A stretch of 64,000 bases of DNA from Okamejei kenojei (taxonomy: Eukaryota): contig CM069151.1 of the NCBI GenBank assembly GCA_035221665.1, positions 21,700,001-21,764,000 on the forward strand. The letters run 5' to 3'. A model generated the notes under the pieces. The model was given only the letters and a program-made list of their open reading frames with translations. It searched no databases and was not told where the DNA came from. This document shows positions 26,838-38,617 of this stretch, one piece after another (positions within the stretch are counted from its first letter, which is position 1; every line of letters starts with the position of its first letter). The position numbers and the translations under genes were made by a program.

Positions 26838-26910
26838 TCAGGGAGCTGTATATTCAAACTCTGCCTCATCAAAGGTTGATGAGGCAGAGTTTGAATATAC
26901 AGCTCCCTGA
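26838..26910. repeat. Perfect inverted repeat: 35-bp arms, 3-nt loop
   Basis: tcagggagctgtatattcaaactctgcctcatcaa-agg-ttgatgaggcagagtttgaatatacagctccctga. Confidence 0.97.
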
Positions 26911-27814
26911 CTCTGGGTCTGACACAAAGGTTCAGCTGACATTCCACCCTTTACATTTTTTTTCCACCAATTGGACACTTATGAGGGGAAGCCTGGTACC
27001 GTTGAGGAAATGCTCCAAGGTTAACTTCAAAACTGAAATCCAGCAGATGCTGTAAATGCAGAAGCTGTTGGAAATACACAGCATATCAGCACATCATGTA
27101 TTGGTGAAGGGAGAAGTAGAGTTGAGGTGCCAGATAATGTCATAACATGGAAATGTTGGCAATACCCAGGCTTTAAGATGAGGAGGGGGAAATAAAAGGA
27201 ATGATCTGTGATATAGTGAAAGGCAGAAGAACTCACAAGACAAAAAATGAGTGAGGGGGCACTTTCCGTGTACCAACAAGTGTATCCATGTTACCATATT
27301 TATTCCATGGGATAAAAGGAACATTATTTGAAAGCATGCCAAAACAGAACATTTGATACTACCAAATCTATTTTGTATCTGATAATTCGGGCAGATGTGC
27401 TTGTGTTAAGGTAACAAAGAGGGTATTATTATAAATGACTTTAGGGTCCCATCTCTGCAGGAACTCACTGGAAAATGAATGGAAAAAATGTCTAAACTGT
27501 ATGGAATGGAAACATTGCATTATGTCGGCAAACATTATTCAAACACTACATGAACTTGTTCGGGTTTTCTTTGCTTTAAAATTACATATTTCAATGGATA
27601 TTTCAGAAATGCTGCACACTGTGTTTGTTACATCTGTGGCGTTAATACAAGGTACTTTACCACGACCGTGACATATTATATGTGAGGATTCAATAAAGAT
27701 CATATGAGCCTATGACTGTAAACGTTACCTCAGCTAAAGTTTCAAATGGCCAACAAGGTGCCACATGAACCTCTGACCAACAACTTGTCTGGGCTGGAAT
27801 CACTCAACTCAAAA

Positions 27815-28175
27815 GTTCATAGGTTATATGAGCAGGATTAGGCCATTCGTACCATCAAGTCTCCTCTGCCATTCAAACGTGGCTGATCTATAGTTCCTTC
27901 TTAACACCATTCTCCAGCCTTCTCCCAATAACCCCTGACATCCTTACTAATCAAGAATCTATTAAACTATGCCTTAAAAAATATCCATTGACTTGGCCAC
28001 CACAACCTTCTGTGGCAAATCATTCCACAGATTCACCACCCTCTGACTATAGAAATTCCTCCTCATCTCCTTCCTAAAGAAAAGTCCTTTAATTCTGAGG
28101 CTATGACCTCTGGTCCCAGACTCCCCATCCTCTCCACACCCACCCTAACCAAACCTTTCACTGTGGGAAAGTTTC
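27815..28175 (-). mobile_element. CR1 LINE 3' end
   Basis: Reverse complement of the CR1 3' region seen at 24950-25220. Confidence 0.82.
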
Positions 28176-29614
28176 AATGAGCCCCCCCGCCCCCGCACCT
28201 CACAAACTCACTTGCTCCCGCACCAGTCTGCGGGCGGACTAAAAGGAGAAGAGACAAATCGAGATGGAGACAAATAATGCAGCAAGCAATCCTCATTTGC
28301 CATGTGGCAAGCTGGACAGTCAGATTCAGGGCAATTCCACATCTGCTGCCTGTAATTGCCACCAGAATATGATTCTTTGGCTATTATGCTATTATGATAA
28401 AGTTGGCAGCTTTACTTCGGTTCGATTTAATGTGGGTAATTTACTAGGTGCCTTGTTCATTAAAAAAAAAGGCTCATTGCGCGGGGTTAGTTGAGTGCGA
28501 GGTTGGGTTCGATGCCTATCAAAGTTACCCGGTTCTATTTAGCGGGGGAAATGTTTTTGGGAGCCAGGTTTTTAATGATAACCGGAAGATAGTGGAAAGT
28601 GATTATTCACAGAAACAATGCTGCGGTTATGTTTCCGTATTTCGCGACAGAAATATACAGGGCAGCTTTCACACACAAAAACGTGTCAATAATGCAAGTG
28701 TTCACATTCAGTACTTTAATTCCACTGAATGTCAGGCTCTAGCTCTAGAATGCTTTCTGTTAGTATTCTTTTCCCAGTTTCCAGTTGCTATCTCGTCGAT
28801 AACAATAATTTTAAAGGACTTCGGCGATAAAAATGAATGAAATTTGAGTAAAATTATCGATTAAATTATCGGTTATTAAAATTATCAATGTTGAAACTCC
28901 AACAGTGAGTTTTGAGGAGAGTGAATAACGCACCAAACTTAATTAACATTGAGCCAAAGATTTCAATCTCAATTACCCACTCTTAAAAAAACACACAAAG
29001 TGCTGGAGTAACTCAGCGGGTCAGGCAGCATCTCTGGGGACAGGCCGGGTGACATTTCGAGTCGGGGCCTTTCTGTCAACGTTGCGAGCATCGTTCAGGA
29101 ACAAAAGACAAAACAGCGGCAGCTTGATTTGGACCATGTGCCATTGATGTCAATATAAATCACAAATCGTGGACGACCTGAACAATTTATATTCGGATAA
29201 CAGCAGTCTGTCATTCGGTTAAATGCAAATGCACGTTGCAATGTTAGACACTTAACAAAGAACGATGGGTTTAAACGTCTTGCAATTAATATTTTCACAA
29301 CACGTCCTGTCTAAATCCGGAAATTCTGGGTGTCAGACAGAAACAGCGGAAGATCCTAGGTCTGATCTGGACTGACTTTTGGAGCAGACATGTTTCCCGG
29401 TATTCCTGCTACAACTGCATGTGTCCCTCCCCCCCTAAGACTTACTCAGTCGTTGCACCGAGTTACCCACCCCCAGCGCGCAGTATGAAACACACACATG
29501 TATGAAGCACATGGACAAATGCGCCAGCGATTAGCAGCGCGGAATTCAGAGAGAACGGCTTGTCCATGTGCCCCGCACAAAGAGTGGGGCAAGTAGCAAA
29601 GTGCCCACGTGTTG

Positions 29615-29800
29615 GAGACACAAGGAATTGCAGATGCTGGTTTACAAAAAAAACACACACACACAAAGAGCTGGAGTAACTGAGCGGGCCAGGCAGCATC
29701 TCTGGTGAAGGTGAAGGTTCCCGACCCAAAATGTCACCTGTTCGTGTTCTCCACCGATGCTGCTTGACCCGCTGAGTTACTCCAGCACTTCGCTTATTTC
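29615..29800. mobile_element. Fold-back PLE-derived short element (further partial arms at ~28990-29075, ~29990-30140, ~30465-30560)
   Basis: ctggagtaactgagcgggccaggcagcatc ... gatgctgcttgacccgctgagttactccagc. Confidence 0.78.
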
Positions 29801-31899
29801 TATGTCAAACGTTTTGTCTCCACGTCATAAGGTCATAAGTGATAGGAGCAGAATTAAGCCACTCGGCCCATTCAATCGTGGCTGCTCTATCTCTCTCTCC
29901 TGACCCCTTCTCCTGCCACCCGCCAACAACCGCGGACACCCGCCCCGCACCTGCATGACTTGGCCAGCATTAAAATAGAGATGGGGCGAGTCGAAATACT
30001 CAGCACGTAGGGCAGAACTTGTGGAGACAGAAACATTGTCGACGTTTCAGTTCAATGACTGTAATGGAAAGCAGAAAGGTGCCGTTATTCCCCCAGTGAT
30101 GCTGCATGGCCCGCTGAGTTACTCCGGCACGTTGTGTCTATCGTCAACGGAATAAAACATAGTTTCCCTGTGTTCACACGCATTTCAGCTGGCTCAAGTG
30201 GCGGTGTTTTTATTTGTACTTCTGTGTTTACGTTGTTTGTGCCATCAACTCAAACACATTCGCGTCACTTTAACCCGACAACCTACAGGGCCGGGGGGGA
30301 CGTGGCGACGGTGGGATATTCTGCATGTTCCCGTCGCTGTGGAGAGTATTCCAACGCCAGTCGGCAGACATGTGGAAAGTTTTACGTTACTACGTTAAAT
30401 TGTCTGGATAGAAGTGTGCAGGTGATGTGGAAAGATGCTAGCAAATCTCCAGACGTTGAAGACAAGACGCAAGATGCTGGAGTAACTCAGCGGGACAGGC
30501 AGCGTCTCTGGAGAAAAGAAATAGGTGACGTTTTGGTTAGAGACCCTTCTTCCTCAGACCGGTTTCCAGAGACGTTGGGTATTTCTTCGGTCACGGAAGA
30601 AGAGCCTGGATTCCTAGGAGGGTGTTGGCGTGTCATCTGCAGCAGAGAAGCGCCTGACAGTATCTTGCAAGCCAGTTGGTTTTTTTTTCAATAGGAAACA
30701 ATTGGGAGACGTATGCCTATCAAACAGGGGGAGTTGGCGAAACTAATGGCCAACTGGATGAGGGATTAGGGCAGCAGTCCCGCAACATTACGCTTTGGAT
30801 CCGGTGTTGCCCGGTTCGTGTTCAACGCCGGTCACGGTCGGCTGAGGGCGGGACTGTGCGGGGTTCCCACCCCGGCAGAGGCTCACCCCGAACGGAGCCA
30901 ATCCCCCACTGAACTGCGCTCGCTGCCCACCACTTCGGAGTTAGCTCATATCCTTTCCAACAACTAAAATGCTGTCGCAGAACTAAGACTAGCATGCTGT
31001 GGCTGTGCTTGCCAAGTGCAGGCGATCATCTACCAGCAAACTACCAGCGACCACCTGCTCGCCGATGCCCAGCTCGGGTGACGGCTCCAGGTGTCCGTAC
31101 GGTTTGGGTTGAATTCCTGTAGCGAGGTCAGAGAAAATCAACTTGAAATCTCTTTTAGGCGATGTTCCTACATCCAAATCTGTATAAACATCAACAACTT
31201 TCAATATCTCAATATTTGAAAAAATATTCCATCTACTTTACGAGCAAAATAGGTAGGCGTATTTATTTCCATTTGGTATATCTTCTACCCATTCATTTAG
31301 CCTGTCTGCAGCCCCTGAAACCTCTCTGCATCCTCCTCACAGCCCACACTACCCGGTAGCTTTGCATCCTCAGCTGATACGGGCAGCCGATGTGTTACTG
31401 GGATGTGCGGGGTAAGTTTCCAGTAAACGTGTTTTTACATAAAGCTATCAGTACACCAGTCAGGAAACACGAGTTGAATTTTTTTTAAAAACTGATTTAC
31501 CTATTATCACATAAATACTATGAGACCGAACTTTGATTCTTTATCTTAGATTTTTGGGTAGTGATTTATGAAATCTGTAAGGTGGAATTTCTGGTGCCCG
31601 AACAGTGATAATGTTGTTGTTGTTCATGAGTATAGTTTGTGGGGTTAGGGTTGGAGTTTATTTCTGTCTTTACTTTGAGCAGTAGGACAAGAGTCAAGAC
31701 TTCATATATAAAACAATAACAAGATAACAATAATAGTGCAAAGCCATAGACAATGTCCCCAGTCTATGCAGTTCAGAGTTTATTTGGATATTGTGGTGTT
31801 TATTAGCCTGATGGTTGTAGGGAAGAAGCTGCACCTGAACCTGGAGGTTGCAGTTTGCAGGCCCCTGTACCGATGACAGGAGATGAGATTGTGGCAAGG

Positions 31900-32035
31900 G
31901 TGTGTAGGAAAGAACTGCAGATGCTGGTTTAAATCGAAGGTAGACACAAAATGCTGGAGTAACTCAACGGGACAGGCAGCATCTCTGGAGAGAAGGAATG
32001 GGTGACGTTTCGGGTCGAGACCATTTCTTCAGATC
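31900..32035 (-). mobile_element. PLE pLTR arm with hammerhead-like core
   Basis: Minus strand: ctgaagaaatggtctcgacccgaaacgtcacccattcc...ccagcatctgcagttctttcctacac. Confidence 0.8.
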
Positions 32036-32325
32036 GACAAGTTGGTAAGGTTCAAGATTGACAGGTTGGCAAGGGTGGTATGGCTGATGATGCTGGCTGC
32101 CTTTTTTGAGGCAGCGACTCATGTAGATCCCTTCCAGCCTGATCTCTGTCTCCAGAAAGTTAAGAGTCAAGAGTCAAGAGTGTTTTATTGTCATGTGTCC
32201 CAGAGAGAACAATGAAATTCTTATTTGCTGCAGCACAACAGAATATGCAAACATAGTATGATATGACAAACAAGAGAGAGAAAAGAAAAGCCCAGTGTGT
32301 ATATATACACATACTCACAACATGC

Positions 32326-32327
<2 letters not shown>

Positions 32328-32410
<83 letters not shown>
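32328..32410. repeat. (TA)n microsatellite
   Basis: Long interrupted TA run. Confidence 0.95.
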
Positions 32411-32411
<1 letters not shown>

Positions 32412-34361
32412 TACACATACTCACAACATACCCATAATATATATACATATGCATAAAAAACAAACAAAACAGTGCAACGATAATAATAATTGTCTATTGT
32501 AGTTCAGAGCCTATGAGGTTGTAGTGTTTAATGTTCCTGAACCTGGACCTTACGGTTATCTTGCTCCTGTACCTTCTTCCCGATGGCAGTGGTGTAATGA
32601 GTGTGAGGCGAGGATGGTTCAGTTCACTTTTATTTGTCATATGTAGGTTAACTTAGGGTCAACGGTACAATGAAATGTGTTTGACAAGACAAGGGGTCAC
32701 CTCAGCAATGATATTACAAAGATAAAATTAATGTAACAAAAGATAAGATAAAAGTGACATTTGTAGGTAAAAGACTATAATAAATAAAATAATCAACATA
32801 TATGATGTGTTAATGAGTTCAGAAGCCTGATGGCATGATGATAAAAACTGTTCTTAAGTCTGGTGGTGCGTGCAGCCACGCTCCTGTATCGTCTGCCTGA
32901 CGGTAACAAGGAGAACAGTCTGCGTGCTGGGTGGCTGTGGTCCTTGATGATGCTGTGTGCCTTCCGCAGGCCTACCGCCTGTGGAAAATTTCCTGAATGG
33001 CCAGGAGATAGTTGCCAGTGATGTGCTGTGCTGCCTTCTCCACTCTCTGTAGTGATTTGCGGCTGTGGGCAGAACAGTTCCCGTACCAGACTGTGATGCA
33101 GCCCGTCAGCTGGCTCGCGATGGTGCAACTGTAGAAGTTTGTGAGGATGCTGGCGTTCATGCCAAACTTCCTCAGTCTTCTCAGAAAAAAAGAGCCGCTG
33201 GCGGGATTTCTTAGTTATTGTGTCCATGTGCAGAGTCTAAGAGAAGTCCTCAGTGATGTGCACACCGAGGAACTTGTTGCTGCTGACCCTTTCAAGCTCA
33301 GCATCACTGATGTGGATGGTGTGGGTCTCTGATGATGTTGGCTGCCTTTTTGAGGCATCGATTCTGATAAATCCCTTCGATGGTGGGGAGGTCAGAGCCG
33401 TTGATGGACTGGGCAGTGTTCATCACTTTTTTGAAGTCTTTTCCACTCCCGGGAGTTCAAGTTGCTGAACAGACAGATTTGTAATTCATGATTAATTGCT
33501 TCAACTTCAGTGCCCTTTGAGGAATTCTATACTGTATAGGCCTCTGTAAATTCTTATCAATAACATCTGTAGGCATACCTCCATTCACCTCATCTTCAAA
33601 AATGTAATTAGTTTCCCAGGGCTGATCTACCTTTACAAATGGTGGGAATTGAGGCCTTAAGTGTGAAACAGATCCATAGCACTTTCCGTGAAAAGTAGAA
33701 GTTAAACAGCCAGTTAATCATCAGCTGTAGCGAGAGGGCTGTATGTGGATTGTTCCTCAGTCAATGGCACTGGCCAGAGACCATGCAGTCAATCAGTTGA
33801 TCAGGAGAAGCATGGTATCTCGTCCTTAGCTGGAGTGCGGCTACTGTGGACTAGCTGGGGGAAGGAATAGGAAAGGTGAACAAAAGGAGAATAAACTCAG
33901 GAATTAAGGTACGGATGATGGACAGATGGAATCACAATGAGGAGTCCAAGTTACAAAGTTGGAGGAAAAGCTGAACAAGGGGAAAGAGAACATGGGTGGA
34001 CTGGTGGATTTAGGAAAGGAACACAGTGGGTGTTAGTGACCTGAAACTGGAAAATTAAATTACCATACCATTAGGTTGTAGGCGTTTTACATGGAATGTG
34101 AGGTGTTATTTTTCTGCTTTGCATTTGGCCTCACTGTTTCAGTAGAGAAGGCTGGGGACAGACAGGTTGGTGTGGGATGGGAACGGAAGTCAAAATAACA
34201 TGCAACTGGAAGCTCCAGATGGCCAATGTAGACAGAGAACAGCTGCTCTGCAAACCTGTCGCTTAATGTACACATGGTCTCGCTGATGTAGAGGAAGCTA
34301 CATCACAAGCTCCACATTCAATAGACTAGGCTGAATCTCTGCCTCACCTGGCAGGACTGAT

Positions 34362-35040
34362 AATGATAGACAATAGGCAATAGGTGCAGGAGTAGGCCAT
34401 TCGGCCCTTCGAGCCAGCACTGCCATTCAATGTGATCATGGCTGATCATCCACAATCAGTACCCCGTTCCTGCCTTCTCCCCATATCCCCTGACTCTGTT
34501 ATCTTTAAGAGCACTATCAAGTTCGCTCTTGAAAGTATGCAGAGGACCAGCCTCCACCGCCCTCTGAGGCAGAGAATTCCACAGACTCACAACTTTCTGT
34601 GTGAAAAAGTGTTTCCTCATCTCTGTTCTAAATGCCTTACTCCTTATTCTTAAACTGTGGCTCCTGGTTCTTTACTCCCCCAATATCGGGAACATGTTTC
34701 CTGCCTCTAGCATGTCCAAACCCTTAATAATCTTAAATGTTTCAATCTGACCCCCTCTCATCCTTCTAAATTACAGAGTATACAAGCCCAGCCACTCCAT
34801 TCTCTCAGCATATGACAGTTCCATCATCCCGGGAATTAACCTTGTGAAACTGTGCTGCACTCCCTCAATAGCAATAATGTCCTTCCTCAAATTAGGGGAC
34901 CAAAACTGCACCCAATACTCCAGGTGTGGTCTCACTAGGGCCCTGTGCAACTGCAGAAGGACCTCTTTGCTCCTATACTCAACTCCTCTTGTTACAAAGG
35001 CCAACATGTCATCCGTTGCCTGTTGTACCTGCATGTTAAC
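34362..35040 (-). mobile_element. CR1 LINE 3' fragment
   Basis: GVEYRSKEVLLQLHRALVRPHLEYWVQFWSPNLRKDIIAIEGVQ; (ATTGTCT)-like tail at ~34365-34385. Confidence 0.9.
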
Positions 35041-35425
35041 GACCGTAAATTGTGCTGAAGAGGGAAATGAAAGGACAAGCTTTAGTCCCTTACTGTCGCA
35101 GGCATGGGTGGGTGGGAGGGATGAGTGAACAAGGAGAGTCACAGAGAGAGTGGTCCCTACTGAATGTGAAAAGGCAGTAGGGAGAGGGGAAGATACGACG
35201 TGGTGTGATCCCATTTGAGCTGACAGAAATGATTGGATGCAGAGGCTGGTGGGATGTTAGGTGAGAACAAAGGGAACTCTATCTCAATTCTACCTGGAGC
35301 CAAGAGGGTTGAGTGTAAATGTGCAAGAAATGGAGGGAATGTGTGTGGGTCATCAACAATGGTAGAGGGAAAGCCACGTTTCTGGAAGGAGGACATATCA
35401 GAAGTACTAGAACTGAAAGCGTCAT

Positions 35426-35610
35426 GTAACTCAGCGGGACAGGCAGCATCTCTGGAGAGAAGGAATGGGTGACATTTCGGGTCGAGACCCTTCTTCAGAC
35501 TAGTTAGGGATGAGGGAAACGAGAGATATAGATGCCTGTCCCGCTGAGTTACGTCAGCTTTTTGTGTCTATCTTCAGTTTAAACTAGCATCTGCCGCTCC
35601 TTCCTACACA
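35426..35610. mobile_element. Fold-back PLE-derived short element
   Basis: Minus-strand core gtctgaagaagggtctcgacccgaaatgtcaccc with perfect stem II; the sense arm ends ttcctacaca. Confidence 0.82.
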
Positions 35611-35859
35611 TATTGAGGATGGAAGCAGTGGAGACAGAGAAACGGATGATGTCCTCAGAGCAGTCAAGGTGGGAGGAGGTTTAGCCAAGATAGCTTTGGG
35701 ACTCCATGAGTGTATAGTGGATATCAGTGGTTAGATTGTCTCCTGAGATGGAGACAGAGCAATCCAGAAACGGAAGTATCAGAGATAATCCAAGTAAATT
35801 TGAGGGCAAAGAGAACATGAAGGATAAATTGTCACTTTTTTGCACATCTTAAATTAATT

Positions 35860-36000
35860 TGTTCTATATCTCTCTATTTCACCGCTCTCGATTCCCTGTC
35901 CCCTGACTCTTAGTCTGAAGAACGGCCTCCTCCCGAAATGTCACCTATTCTTCTCTCCAGAGACGCTGCCTGAGCCGCTGAGTTACTCCAGCATTTGGTC
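35860..36000 (+). mobile_element. PLE pLTR arm directly upstream of the ccnd2 CpG island
   Basis: tagtctgaagaacggcctcctcccgaaatgtcacctattc...gagttactccagcattt. Confidence 0.75.
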
Positions 36001-36135
36001 TTTTATTTGTAGAACTTGGTGGCAAAGGAGATAGAATTGCTGAGTTCCGGAGACCCCGTTTCACATCCACAGCCCTCAGTGACTGGGAAGGCGGACTCAG
36101 TGACAGACCCTGGCAGCAGCAGCAGGTGGAGGGGC

Positions 36136-36385
36136 TGTCACTCACCGAGCAGGGGGCGGGTCTAGTGCCGCCGACGCGGCCGAGCGGTAGGCGGGACAAT
36201 GCCGCCGGCTCGTCCAATGGCAGCAGTGGGTCTCATGTCATTCACCGAGCAGGGGACGGGTCTAGTGCTGCCGACGCGTCCGAGCGGTAGGCGGGACAAT
36301 GCCGCCGGCTCGTCCAATGGCAGCAGCAGGTCCCATGTCACTCATCGTGTAGGGGCGGGTCCAGCCGCGCAGACGCGTCCAATGA
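36136..36385. repeat. 100-bp tandem duplication (2 full copies plus a diverged third) in the promoter
   Basis: Units start tgtca at 36136, 36236 and 36336; the first two are nearly identical. Confidence 0.9.
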
Positions 36386-37136
36386 CAGCGGCTGATCGTC
36401 CGTCACGCAGCTCTTGCAGGCGGGCCCGGTTACGTCAGCGCGTCCGATGACCGCAGTCGCGTGGCTTTTCCTCCCGCCTTCCGCGCCAGGAGTCCTGAAG
36501 GCGGGACAATGCTGACGACTGGTCCAATGAGGGAGGCGGAGCCGAGCCGAGCCGAGCGCGTGGAGGCGGGACACTGCCGCTGGTTCGGCCTGAGGGCGGC
36601 TGACGCGTCCAATGACGGAGGCCGGTCAGCCGCTGAAGGACGGGCGGGGGGCGGGTGCGGTGACGGTGACGCAGCGCCTGTGGCAGCGGCCGGGCCGGGC
36701 CGGGCCGAGCCGGGCGGGGCGGGGCCGGGCCGGGCGGGGCGGGGCAGTGCGGGGGCCGTTGAGCGCCAGCCGCGGAGAGGCGGACTCCACTTCTAATCTC
36801 CATTAAACCCCCACTTGGAGCTTCAGCCCCATTCCCAGCGGCTGCCTGCCTGCCCGCCCGCCCCGCCTGCCGACCAGTGGCGGCGATGAGAGGAGCCGGG
36901 GCTGCGGGCCGCGGCCGAGCGGGAGGCCTGTGATGTGTTTGTGCTGCCGCCGCCGGCCTCCCTCGTCCCCGCTTCCCCCCGCCGGCCGTTGATGCTGCAC
37001 GGCACCGCCTCTGCGTCTGCCCACAGCCGCTCTGCACGACCACGGGCCTCGGCCTCTCCCGCTCCCGCCCGCCGCCCGGCTCCGGAACCGATAGTGTGAG
37101 GCCAGGCCGCCAGCGGGCCGCCAGGCTCGGTCGGCC

Positions 37137-37334
37137 ATGGAGCTGCTGCTGTGCTGCGAGGTGGCGACGGTGAGGAGGGCGCTGCCCGACCCCAACCTGC
37201 TGTGCGACGAGCGGGTGCTGCACAACCTGCTGACGCTGGAGGAGCGCTCCCTTCCCGCCTGCTCCTACTTCAAGTGCGTCCAGCAGGACATCAAGCCCTT
37301 CATGCGGAGGATGCTGGCCACCTGGATGCTGGAG
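37137..37334 (+). CDS. ccnd2: Cyclin D2 coding exon 1 (66 codons)
   Basis: MELLLCCEV (LxCxE Rb-binding motif)...[24 protein letters not shown]; GT donor at 37335, phase 0. Confidence 0.97.
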
Positions 37335-37447
37335 GTTCGTGTCTCAACGCCGCCCCCCTTCTCCTCCCCGGTATCGGACCTCTCCCGCCCCGCGGATCCT
37401 CTCCTGTCCCCAGACCCTCTCCACTCCCCCGCGGTATCCGACCTCTT

Positions 37448-37448
<1 letters not shown>

Positions 37449-37483
<35 letters not shown>
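37449..37483. repeat. Poly-C run within the C-rich start of intron 1
   Basis: About 35 consecutive C; exact length may be an assembly estimate. Confidence 0.9.
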
Positions 37484-37484
<1 letters not shown>

Positions 37485-38617
37485 TCCACCCTCTCCGGTC
37501 CCAGACTCCCTTCCGCTTCACGCCCCCTCAGATCCCCTCCACTCTCTCTCCCGTCCCCCCAAAACCTTTCCACCCCCGCCACCGGTATCCGACCCCTTTA
37601 CCACCCTCTCGCCCCCCCCTCCTCAGTTCCTCTCCCATGTCCGTCCCCAAACCCCCCTCCAATCCCCAGCCCTAAGCCCCCTCAATTCCCCCGCTATCCG
37701 ACCCTTTTTCCCCCACTCCCGTCCCCGATCCTCACTATTATCCCTTATCGGTAACGGAGCTTGCCCCCCTCCAGGACCCGACCATACCTCCCTCGCCCCC
37801 CACCAGGATCCTCTCTAGTTACCGACCCCAGAAGCCAGCCTTCCTCCCCCGCCTGTGTCCCCCGATTTCCCTGTTCCCCTCCCCCCCGGATCATTGCCCA
37901 GCGCCTTCCTCCCCATCCATTCTCGGTCACCCCCCCCCCTCACTTCCCCTTGCCTTGGTCGGCGCGGTGTCCCGGGGACCTTCCCCCTCCATCAGCCCTC
38001 TGCCGCAGGCCGGGGATCACGAGGGTTTTACTTGAGTAGCTGTGGCAAGTTGACACAGGCCCGAAAGTGTGTGGTCCCGAGTTTGCCCGGTGTGAGGGGG
38101 CTCCTTGCCGGAGTGAGGGAGGCGAGGGGATTTCTTTCCCGGTATGTGGCCCCGAGTTTGCCCTGGGCGATGGAGCTCTCCCAAGCTGCTCCTGAGGCCA
38201 TCTTTCCTTGATTTTGTGGGAAGTCGGACTGCAGTCTGCCAGGGAGTGGGGGACCGGGGTTGTGCGTGGGCGTGGGGCTGAGTGGAAGTAGACTACAGAT
38301 GTGTGGGCTCTGATGAGGACTTGCATCAAGTGAGTGGGTGACCTGACCTTAATTGTGAGAGCTGGAATTGGACTGGCTCTCAAGGTTAAATTTCACTGAC
38401 GTTTTGGTTGACCGCAATGTTTCAGATGTGAGTATAATTTTTATTTTTATTATTGTTCAGAAATTGCCTAAACTGCCTGTTGGTGCTGTGGTTGTGACTG
38501 AATCATTTCTTGCAGACTAAACCTGAAGTATGTTACTATTGAAGGCTGTTACCAGGGCCTTGCTCTCTGATTATATTACCTTGCTATTCCTAATATTTTA
38601 GCCCATTTTCTTCCCAG

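Larger units (their letters stand above)
31690..33470 (-). mobile_element. Cluster of nested Rex1/Babar 3' fragments
   Basis: Tails at ~31690, ~32160 (tcttgactcttgactct on minus) and ~32619. ORFs 32793-33227 and 32972-33160: ILTNFYSCTI..LTGCITVWYGNC, IIKDHSHP...LFSLLPSGRRYRS...RLKNSFY. Confidence 0.85.
34000..35810 (-). mobile_element. Degraded Penelope-like element ORF, interrupted by a CR1 and a fold-back element
   Basis: DRFAEQLFSV...LELPVACYFD (GIY-YIG region, 34087-34275) and MSSFQKRGFPSTIVD (PLE RT thumb/linker-like, 35157-35396). Confidence 0.7.
36100..37400 (+). promoter_or_regulatory. CpG-island promoter and 5' leader of ccnd2
   Basis: Very GC/CpG-rich. Five GTCCAATG (CCAAT at 36214, 36314, 36379, 36524, 36609), many GGCGGG boxes, CRE-like TTACGTCA 36430-36437, Kozak gccATGg. 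TSS not determinable from sequence. Confidence 0.85.

Noticed and set aside
30134-30694. 186-aa ORF
   Set aside because: Runs through a PLE arm, has no domain signature and no splice support.
36136-36385. CRISPR-like repeat-spacer array
   Set aside because: Eukaryotic context; the whole 100-bp unit is duplicated with no unique spacers, and there are no cas genes.
36435-37225. 262-aa antisense ORF and other overlapping ORFs across the CpG island
   Set aside because: Ala/Arg/Pro/Gly-rich, no recognisable domain; expected from stop-codon scarcity in very GC-rich DNA.
37335-37754. 205-aa ORF 37137-37754 as a single-exon protein with a poly-Pro tail
   Set aside because: Cyclin similarity stops at the GT donor at 37335; the rest is C-rich intron.
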